Positions 57,185 through 64,000 of a DNA stretch of 64,000 nucleotides are shown here, one piece after another; the stretch's first letter is position 1, and every line of letters starts with the position of its first letter. The notes under the pieces were generated by a model. That model was not told where the DNA came from and did no database searches. It was given only the letters and a program-made list of their open reading frames with translations. The DNA is from an uncultured Ectothiorhodospiraceae bacterium (GTDB taxonomy: Bacteria > Pseudomonadota > Gammaproteobacteria > UBA9214), in assembly GCA_964564245.1 (NCBI GenBank), contig CAZMAK010000002.1, positions 21,028 to 85,027 of the forward strand, given 5' to 3'. The translations under genes were made by a program, and so were the position numbers.

Positions 57185-58331
57185 GTATCTGTGGCCGGGC
57201 TGTAGTGCACTGGGTGTCCTGCTATGGGGCATCGGCCACGCCGGTGTACTGCCCGAAGAACGGGCCGACGTGCTCTATCACTCCTACGACGGTGGCGGCG
57301 TGACAGTCAGCGGGCCCTCGCTGCTGGTGCTCAAGAAGGTCGGCAGTAACACGGAGCTGAACGGCAACTACTACGTGGATTCCATCAGCGGCGCCTCCAT
57401 CGACGTGCAGGTCATCAGCGGCGCCAGCCAGTATTCCGAGAAACGTACCGAGATGACCGGCGGGGTCGACTACCAGCACGGCAACTCGACCATGAGTCTC
57501 TCCTATACCAACAGCAAGGAAAACGACTACAAGGCGAACACCGCCAGTTTCAACATCAGTATGGACATGTTCGACAACATGACCACACTGACGATGGGCT
57601 ACACGCGCGGTTGGGATACGGTGGGCAAGACCGGTGACCCGACACTTGCGGCCGGCCTGGACCGGCAGAACTACCGGCTCGGCATCAGCCAGGTCCTTAC
57701 CCGGAACCTGGTCATGGAGCTCAATTACGAAGGGATAACCGATGAGGGCATGCTGAACAACCCGTATCGCAAGGTGCGTTACCGGGATCCCCTCGATACG
57801 CTGGATGGTTACAGCTTTGCTGACGAAAAATATCCGCATACCCGCACCAGCAGTGCGTTGGCGATGCGCATGCGTTATTTCCTGCCCTGGCGCGCCTCAC
57901 TGTCCGCCGGGTACCGCTACTTCGCCGATACCTGGGGTATCGATGCGCACACCGTGGAGGTGGGATACACCCACCCGTTGCTCGATCGCTGGATGCTGGA
58001 AACGACACTCCGCCAGTACACGCAGACATCCGCCGACTTCTACAGCGATCTGCTGGACTTCAATGGTTCGCAGAATTTCTACGGGCGTGACAAGGTGCTG
58101 AGTTCGTTCAGCGACAGTTCGATCGGGGTCAAGCTTGGTTTCGACATCATCAAGGGTGGCTGGCACGGCATCGACCATGCCAGCCTGAACCTGGCCTGGA
58201 ACAAGATCTGGTACGACTACCGGAACTTCCGCGATCTGCGGGTGGTATTGCCTGCCGCCGAGGTCGGAAACGAACCGCTGTACCATTTCTCCGCCAACGT
58301 GGTGCAGTTCTTCATGTCAGCGTGGTTCTGA
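57171..58331 (+). CDS. DUF3570 outer-membrane beta-barrel protein carrying a DSISGAS flavinylation-type motif. Start uncertain; GTG 57171 preferred over the ORF-track ATG 57114.
   Basis: Signal-like LWPGCSALGVLLWGIGHA; alternating beta strands; C-terminal ...FMSAWF; DSISGAS plus a second ISGAS. Confidence 0.65.
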   Translation: MAVTRYLWPGCSALGVLLWGIGHAGVLPEERADVLYHSYDGGGVTVSGPSLLVLKKVGSNTELNGNYYVDSISGASIDVQVISGASQYSEKRTEMTGGVDYQHGNSTMSLSYTNSKENDYKANTASFNISMDMFDNMTTLTMGYTRGWDTVGKTGDPTLAAGLDRQNYRLGISQVLTRNLVMELNYEGITDEGMLNNPYRKVRYRDPLDTLDGYSFADEKYPHTRTSSALAMRMRYFLPWRASLSAGYRYFADTWGIDAHTVEVGYTHPLLDRWMLETTLRQYTQTSADFYSDLLDFNGSQNFYGRDKVLSSFSDSSIGVKLGFDIIKGGWHGIDHASLNLAWNKIWYDYRNFRDLRVVLPAAEVGNEPLYHFSANVVQFFMSAWF

Positions 58332-58427
58332 GGCAAGCGATATTACCGGCATGCCGGTTAGCCGCTCCTGCCCTGCGGGCGCGATCAGATGCGCATCGCA
58401 ACCGGTCAGGGTGCCCGGGAGCGCGCT

Positions 58428-58715
58428 CTACCCGTGCGCGATCTCCTTGTCGGTAAACAGGTAGTCCCTCAGTTCCCTGTCGAACGCCGTGTCCTGCCGG
58501 CGGATCCACTCCAGCACCATGGAGGCATGTTCCTTCTCCTCGTCACGATTGTGCGCCAGGATCGCCCTCAATGCCGGGTCCTTGCAGGCGTCGACGCGCT
58601 GGTTGTACCAGTCCACTGCCTCCAGTTCTTCCATGAGCGAGATGATCGCTCGATGCATGTCGCGGGTTGCGTCCGTGAGTTCATCGACCGGTTCATGATA
58701 GCCTTCATTTGCCAT
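58428..58715 (-). CDS. Ferritin-like protein, EncFtn (encapsulated ferritin)-like, lacking an evident targeting peptide
   Basis: HEPVDEL...EELEAVDWYNQRVDA...AHNRDEEKEHASMVLEWIRR matches my recollection of EncFtn di-iron motifs. Confidence 0.55.
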   Translation of the reverse strand: MANEGYHEPVDELTDATRDMHRAIISLMEELEAVDWYNQRVDACKDPALRAILAHNRDEEKEHASMVLEWIRRQDTAFDRELRDYLFTDKEIAHG

Positions 58716-58745
58716 GTACTGTTCTCCAACCGTTGACGGTTTCGT

Positions 58746-59810
58746 GTGATGAATTTTCGTGCCGTGTCACGTGCCTTGCCGGTGTACCTGCTGCTGGCGT
58801 GCCTGGCCGGCTGTATGCAGCCGCAGCTGCAGCATCCTGATCCGAATGCTAACCGTGTGCCGGCACTAAATCCAGCACAGGCCGTCATGAGCGACGGTTA
58901 TTCATTGCCGTTATCGATCAGTGCACCGGACGGCGATGTGCAGGCGGTGTTACTGGCACTGCACGGGTTCAATGACTATCGCAACGCCTTTCATGGCCCG
59001 GCCCGCGTGTTTGCGCAGGCCGGCATCATGACCGTGGCCTATGACCAGCGGGGTTTTGGTGCGACTGCGCAGCGCGGCCTGTGGGCCGGACGACAGCGCA
59101 TGCAGCAGGATGCCCTTACTGTCGCCCGGCTGCTGTGCGCACGGCACCCGGGGGTGCCGTTGTACCTGCTCGGCGAGAGCATGGGAGGTGCCGTGGTGAT
59201 CGAGCTGTTGCAGCAGGATCTGCCGGATTGTGTCGCGGGCGCCGTGCTGGTTGCGCCGGCGATCTGGGGCTGGCAGACCATGCCGTGGTGGCAGGACCTC
59301 GCGCTGCGTGCAGCGGCGCACCTGTTGCCCGGGACCACCGTCACCGGTGAGGGCCTGCACATCACCCCATCCGACAACCGGGAGATGCTGCGGGCGCTAG
59401 GGCGCGATCCACTGGTGATCAAGGCGACCCGCATCGATACCATATACGGCCTCACCAACCTGATGGACGCCGCCTTCCTTGCAAACACCCACTTCCCGGT
59501 GCCGGTGCTGCTGCTGTACGGCGAGCACGACGAGATCATCCCGCCGTATGCCATGTGCCGGTATCTGCAGCGATTTCTCGGTAACCGTGCCGGTTCACGG
59601 ACGCTGGCGCTGTACCCGAACGGCTATCACATGCTGACCCGTGACCTGGAGGCGCAGGTCGTACTGGGGGATATCGTGGCCTGGATACAGGACCGGAACG
59701 CCGCCCTGCCCTCCGGTGACCGGGTCACGGGCGACTCGGAACGGCTGGCCGGCCTGTGTGCGGGGGCCGGAGAATCTGCCGGCCCCGCCGAGCGCGGCGG
59801 GGAAAATTGA
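58746..59810 (+). CDS. Alpha/beta hydrolase lipoprotein (lysophospholipase/monoglyceride-lipase-like)
   Basis: Lipobox LLACLAGCM; LHGFNDY, GESMGG nucleophile elbow. Confidence 0.75.
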   Translation: MMNFRAVSRALPVYLLLACLAGCMQPQLQHPDPNANRVPALNPAQAVMSDGYSLPLSISAPDGDVQAVLLALHGFNDYRNAFHGPARVFAQAGIMTVAYDQRGFGATAQRGLWAGRQRMQQDALTVARLLCARHPGVPLYLLGESMGGAVVIELLQQDLPDCVAGAVLVAPAIWGWQTMPWWQDLALRAAAHLLPGTTVTGEGLHITPSDNREMLRALGRDPLVIKATRIDTIYGLTNLMDAAFLANTHFPVPVLLLYGEHDEIIPPYAMCRYLQRFLGNRAGSRTLALYPNGYHMLTRDLEAQVVLGDIVAWIQDRNAALPSGDRVTGDSERLAGLCAGAGESAGPAERGGEN

Positions 59811-59958
59811 TCTGAATCAAGCAATCCGGATAATCCGGCCGGCCGGCTCTGTCCCGGTACTGGCCTATCCCGTCCGCGGTTTATACACTGTATCCTGAAA
59901 CCGGTGGAAATCTGTCACGCACCGGTTGTATCTGGCATCACAAACGGAGGGTAAGAAA

Positions 59959-60318
59959 GTGAAGAAAATATCCAGTCTCATTGCAACCGTTGTCATTGCC
60001 GCGTCAGCGATCCTGGCAAGCGGAACCGCCAGCGCGTGGTGGGGCAATAACGATTACTGGGGTGGCCCCTGGGGTGGTTATCCAGGCTATTACGGTTACG
60101 GCTACCCGGGTTATGGCTGGGGTGGCTATCCGGGCTATGGCTGGGGCGGCTATCCGGGCTACGGCTGGGGTGGCTATCCGGGCTATGGCTGGGGCGGCTA
60201 TCCGGGATACGGCTGGGGTGGTTACCCCGGTTATGGCTGGGGTGGCTATCCGGGCTACGGGTATGGTGTTGCCCCGGTAGAACCGGCGGCACCGTCGACT
60301 ACAACCAAGGCCAAGTAA
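59959..60318 (+). CDS. Small secreted Gly/Tyr/Trp-rich repeat protein (GYPGYGWG octapeptide repeated about 7 times); GTG start with GGAGG RBS
   Basis: Signal peptide KKISSLIATVVIAASAILASGTASA; low-complexity mature region; strong terminator. Confidence 0.6.
   Translation: MKKISSLIATVVIAASAILASGTASAWWGNNDYWGGPWGGYPGYYGYGYPGYGWGGYPGYGWGGYPGYGWGGYPGYGWGGYPGYGWGGYPGYGWGGYPGYGYGVAPVEPAAPSTTTKAK
60073..60270 (+). repeat. Imperfect 24-bp tandem repeat (GGCTATCCGGGCTATGGCTGGGGC, about 8 copies) encoding the GYPGYGWG repeats
   Basis: Direct reading; copies differ mainly at synonymous positions. Confidence 0.8.
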
Positions 60319-60340
60319 TCTCAGGTCCGTATACGACCGG

Positions 60341-60376
60341 GGGCGCAGCCGGAGACGGGTGCGCCCTCTTTTTTCC
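60341..60376. terminator. Rho-independent (bidirectional) terminator
   Basis: GGGCGCA...TGCGCCC hairpin followed by TCTTTTTTCC. Confidence 0.55.
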
Positions 60377-60394
60377 GGGACCGGTGCCACCGGC

Positions 60395-62062
60395 TTAATA
60401 GGGCCTGGTTGCCGGATAGTCACGAAATACATTCATGACCTGCACGGCCGGTGCCTGCAACACTGACCAGGTGAACAGGTCTTCCGGTTGCGGCAGCTTG
60501 TCGGCACGGTAATCCCCCAGGATCCGGTTCAGACGTTCGGTGGCAACCGGCGTGCTCCACGCGGACATCGTGACCAGGGACTCCTGGATCGTGGACGCCT
60601 GGCTAAAGTCACCGCTGGCGGCAAGTGCCAGTGCCAGCATCTCCTGCGCCGGGGGCGAGGGGTGATCCTTCGCCACCTGCCGTGCCTTTGCCAGTGCCGC
60701 GCCGGCCTCTCCCGCCTCGCCGCCACTGGCCTGCAACTGGATGTCGAGGAACTCGAGGATCCCCTGTTCGGGGAAGCGCTGCAACGCACGCTCGACCAGC
60801 TGTTGCGCCCGGGGCATTCCGTTTGCGAGCTGCAGCAGCGCGCCCGCGTAAGGCAGGTATGCGGCGAGGTTTTCCGGCGCCGCCGCGATACTGCGGGCAT
60901 AGTGCGACACGGCCTGCTCATACTGGCCGCGACGGTAACAGTCATTGCCCAGCTGCAGATGCGCGCCGGCCTGTTCGGGCTCGGCGCGGAGCGCGGCCTG
61001 GTAATGCCTGCGCGCGGCATCCATGTCACCGTCCCCCTCACTCAGTACGCCAAGCAGGAATGACGCCAGTGCGGCAGCCGGCTGCCGGTCGAGCGCTGCC
61101 TGCAGCTGCTCACGCGCCCGGTCATGGTCGCCGCTCAGGTACAGCGCACGGGCGTAACTGACACGCGCGTTGACGTTGTCTTCCTCGCGTGCGAGGCCGG
61201 CGGCGAAGGCATCGCGCGCGGCCGCGTAGTCGTGCCGGCGGTAGGCCTTCATGCCCGTGATGAAATGGATGTGCGAACCGTGTTTCAGTGCCTGCAGGCT
61301 ATCGATCTGCGGGTCCGTGAAGGCAGGCAATGTATCACCCATCAGGGCGAACTGCTGTTTCGCCTGCTCGCGCTGACCACTGGCACGCAACGCCTGCCCC
61401 AGCGAGTAGTGCACACGGTTCGCCTGTGGCTGCAGCGCAAGCGCCCGTTTGAAGTGGTCGATCGCATCCGCGTAGTGCCGCTGCAGCAGGTCCAGCTGCC
61501 CCAGCCCATGATGGGCGGCCGCGGCCAGGCCCGCGTCGTTGATGACCGCCAGGTAGGCCTGCCGCGCCCGGTCCGGTTCATCGAGTTCGCGCCAGGCGTC
61601 CGCCAGCCGCAGGGTCAGTGCCAGGTAATCGGGACGCAGCTGCCGCGCCTGTTCGTATCCCGCCACGGCCTGCCTGAGTTCACCGATGCTGGCGGCGAGG
61701 TAGGCCGAGTAGTAGATCCAGCGGAATTCTCCGGGGGCAAGCCGCCTGGCGTTGTCATAGCAGGTGGCGGCCGGGCTGTACACGAACTGGACCTGGTACA
61801 GAGCGCCCAGTTCACCGTAACTCTCCGCCAGTTCGGCATCCGGCGCCTGTTTTTCGATGGCGTCGGCGACACGCTGGCGTGCCTCGATCAGCTGTGCCCG
61901 GCTGTCGGAGTCCAGTGCGTCGAGGCCGATCTCCGCAACCGGTGACAGTCGCTTGGACAACGACGCCGGCAACCCGGACAGGGCGTCGGCGCGGACCGGC
62001 TGTGCAAGGCAGGACAGGGTCCCGGCACCCGCCAGCAGCAGGATGCGCAGCAGCGCGGCCAT
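60395..62062 (-). CDS. TPR-repeat protein with signal peptide (about 555 aa). Start trimmed to MAALLRILLL.
   Basis: Signal peptide; many TPR units (e.g. AHLQLGNDCYRRGQYEQAVSHYARSI). Confidence 0.75.
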   Translation of the reverse strand: MAALLRILLLAGAGTLSCLAQPVRADALSGLPASLSKRLSPVAEIGLDALDSDSRAQLIEARQRVADAIEKQAPDAELAESYGELGALYQVQFVYSPAATCYDNARRLAPGEFRWIYYSAYLAASIGELRQAVAGYEQARQLRPDYLALTLRLADAWRELDEPDRARQAYLAVINDAGLAAAAHHGLGQLDLLQRHYADAIDHFKRALALQPQANRVHYSLGQALRASGQREQAKQQFALMGDTLPAFTDPQIDSLQALKHGSHIHFITGMKAYRRHDYAAARDAFAAGLAREEDNVNARVSYARALYLSGDHDRAREQLQAALDRQPAAALASFLLGVLSEGDGDMDAARRHYQAALRAEPEQAGAHLQLGNDCYRRGQYEQAVSHYARSIAAAPENLAAYLPYAGALLQLANGMPRAQQLVERALQRFPEQGILEFLDIQLQASGGEAGEAGAALAKARQVAKDHPSPPAQEMLALALAASGDFSQASTIQESLVTMSAWSTPVATERLNRILGDYRADKLPQPEDLFTWSVLQAPAVQVMNVFRDYPATRPY

Positions 62063-62121
62063 CCGGTGCCCGGCCCCGTCCGCGAGACCAGGGCATACCT
62101 TCGGGCCGGACACGCTGCGAC

Positions 62122-63972
62122 TCACCGGGTCCCTGCCCGTGGTGCAGCTGAGGCGCTGTCCTGCCGGACATGCAGCATGGTGTCGACCTCGTTCACATCC
62201 ACGTTCTGGGTCTGGCCGCCGGGCCAGCGGACCTGCAGGCTATCGACGTGGTCGGCATCGCCCAGCCCGAACGTGACCGGCAACTCGGACTGGGACAGGT
62301 AGCTGCGCGTGGGCATGACCTGGCGTCGCTGCGTGACACCGTCCGCAACCAGTTCCAGCTCCGCTCCGATCGCGCTGCGATTGGCCTGGACTCCCTCCAG
62401 CTGCACCCGCAGCCAGTGGTGGCCGGTGTGCTGGTCGTTGCGCAGCAGTACCGCACGCCGGCCGTTCTGGAGGACGGCGATATCGAGGTCCCCATCACCG
62501 TCGATGTCGGCGAAGGAGGCGCCACGGCCGACCATGGTCTGGGTGATGGCACCCGGATCATCGACCAGCCGGAAGCGGTTCCGGCAGCGCGCCCCGCAGT
62601 TCCAGAACAGCTGTCCCGGCTGCGCGTAGGTCTGGCTGGGTTGCACGAGATTGATCTCCTTCTCGAGATGGCCGTTGGCCTGGAACAGGTCCAGGCGGCC
62701 GTCGAGATCGTAGTCGAAGAAAAACAGGCCGAACGTGAGCGCCAGCCGGGAGGCAGGGCCGAATCCCTCCAGTACCGCCTCGTCGGCAAACGGTGCCTGA
62801 CCGTTTTCCGTGACAAACAGCGAGCTCATCTCGTTGGCGAAGTTGCCGATCCCGACGCCGAGTTCCCGGTCATTGCGGAACCATGCGCTGTCGATGCCCA
62901 TGGCGCCGGTGGACTTGCCATTCTGGTCGTAGGCGATGCCCTCCATGACGCCGGTCTCCTCGAAGTGTCCGTGGCCGAGATTGTGGTAGAGGAAGTTGCG
63001 GGTGGTGTCGTTGGAGACAAACAGGTCCGGCAGTCCGTCACGGTCGTAGTCGACCGGTGCCACCGCCAGGGCCTTGCCGGGGACCAGTGCGCCGTTCTGG
63101 TCGTGCACCACGATGCCGGAGGTTTCCGAGATGTCGGTGAAGGTGCCGTTCCCGTCATTACGGTACAGGCGGTTGGTGGTGCCGAAGAAGTGATTCGGCG
63201 CACCAATGGCGCGTCCCAGTCCGGTGACGCGGAAATCGATTTCCAGGTCGGTCTTGCGCGACCAGTCGATGTAGTTGCCGACGAACAGGTCGAGGTCGCC
63301 ATCGAGGTCGATGTCGACGAAGGCGGCCGCAGTGCTCCAGTCTGTCCTGATGCCGGCCGTGTGGCTGGCGGCCGTGACCTCGACAAACCGGCCGTGCCGG
63401 TTCCTGAACAGGTGGTTCGCCCCCAGGGCGGTGATGTAGAGGTCGGTCCAGCCGTCATTGTCATAATCACCGACGGCGACCCCCATGCCGTAGCAGTGAA
63501 ACGCCAGTCCGGCCTCCTGCGTGACGTTGGTGAAGCTGCCATGGCCGTCATTGCGGTACAGCGCCGGATACGGCGTTGTTGCTTTTTCGTGGCCGGGGAA
63601 CCAGTCCGAATTGATCAGCAGCAGGTCCTGGTCCCCGTCATTGTCATAGTCGAGGAAGGCCACGCCGCTGCCCATCGCCTCCGGCATGAGCTTTTCGCCA
63701 TAGGCACCGCTGGTATGCACGAAGTCGATGCCGGCGGTCATGGTGACGTCGGTGAAGGTGACCGCCGGCGGGGACGGCTCGGACGGATTTTCGCCCATCA
63801 CCGGCGTTGCAACCGAAGCGGTGTCCGGCAGCGCCGGTGGCAGATCATGATCGCGCGACAGCCAGATCATGCCACCGGCCGCGAGTGCAAGCACGACGAT
63901 GACCACCAGGGAACGATAGAACGCACGCCGGATAACGGTGTCGCCCGGGTTGACCGGCCGTGGTGAACTCAT
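62122..63972 (-). CDS. CRTAC1-family protein (FG-GAP/VCBS repeats plus ASPIC/UnbV-like C-terminus)
   Basis: N-terminal TM/signal; repeated DxDxDGxxD Ca-binding loops (VGDYDNDGWTDLYI, DIDLDGDLDLFVGNY); classic pairing with a downstream TPR gene. Confidence 0.75.
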   Translation of the reverse strand: MSSPRPVNPGDTVIRRAFYRSLVVIVVLALAAGGMIWLSRDHDLPPALPDTASVATPVMGENPSEPSPPAVTFTDVTMTAGIDFVHTSGAYGEKLMPEAMGSGVAFLDYDNDGDQDLLLINSDWFPGHEKATTPYPALYRNDGHGSFTNVTQEAGLAFHCYGMGVAVGDYDNDGWTDLYITALGANHLFRNRHGRFVEVTAASHTAGIRTDWSTAAAFVDIDLDGDLDLFVGNYIDWSRKTDLEIDFRVTGLGRAIGAPNHFFGTTNRLYRNDGNGTFTDISETSGIVVHDQNGALVPGKALAVAPVDYDRDGLPDLFVSNDTTRNFLYHNLGHGHFEETGVMEGIAYDQNGKSTGAMGIDSAWFRNDRELGVGIGNFANEMSSLFVTENGQAPFADEAVLEGFGPASRLALTFGLFFFDYDLDGRLDLFQANGHLEKEINLVQPSQTYAQPGQLFWNCGARCRNRFRLVDDPGAITQTMVGRGASFADIDGDGDLDIAVLQNGRRAVLLRNDQHTGHHWLRVQLEGVQANRSAIGAELELVADGVTQRRQVMPTRSYLSQSELPVTFGLGDADHVDSLQVRWPGGQTQNVDVNEVDTMLHVRQDSASAAPRAGTR

Positions 63973-64000
63973 GATGTGGCTCCCTGACAGGCCGGCGCGA

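Noticed and set aside
60073-60270. Possible CRISPR-like or VNTR non-coding repeat
   Set aside because: The 24-bp units are contiguous with no spacers. They lie in-frame within an ORF that has a signal peptide and RBS, and vary mainly at third codon positions. This is a coding tandem repeat, not a CRISPR array.
62170-63966. 598-aa plus-strand ORF
   Set aside because: Antisense to the FG-GAP/CRTAC1 gene; the product is His/Gly/Val-rich nonsense.

Overview
High-GC chromosomal segment of about 64 kb from a gammaproteobacterium, with Pseudomonas-like synteny. I found no rRNA, tRNA, CRISPR array or mobile element. The window falls into four parts. (1) A housekeeping block at 1-19.1 kb: HAD hydrolase, SppA-like peptidase, Maf, a convergently inserted two-subunit pyruvate carboxylase (biotin carboxylase plus carboxyltransferase/BCCP), then yceD-rpmF-plsX-fabH-fabD-fabG-acpP-fabF-pabB-pabC-mltG-tmk-holB-pilZ-tatD. 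(2) A co-directional beta-oxidation cluster on the minus strand at 19.1-27.1 kb: yciA-like thioesterase, fadD, fadJ/B, fadI/A, fadE. (3) Cell-envelope and miscellaneous genes at 27.3-36.4 kb: class V aminotransferase, an OprI/Lpp-like lipoprotein flanked by two L,D-transpeptidases, class II aldolase, NlpC/P60, EpmC, thioredoxin 2 and an ABC-2 exporter. (4) Two accessory-looking envelope systems. The first is a nine-gene minus-strand operon at 36.5-45.5 kb: ExbB/TolQ, two ExbD/TolR, a TonB-like protein and three TPR proteins, reminiscent of the Agl-Glt motor core. The second is an ApbE (flavin transferase)-linked extracytoplasmic cluster at 45.7-58.3 kb. It holds three large secreted proteins with CxxCH heme-type motifs (one with LamG, one with a PD40 beta-propeller), a Tat-exported DUF1501/DUF1552-like partner, two OM beta-barrels, a TlpA thioredoxin, DUF4266, and a DUF3570 barrel carrying an ApbE-type flavinylation motif (DSISGAS). 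I consider it the best candidate for an undescribed extracytoplasmic redox system. Other notable items are an orphan EncFtn-like ferritin, a secreted Gly/Tyr/Trp protein built from 24-bp tandem repeats, and a TPR plus CRTAC1/FG-GAP pair at the window end.
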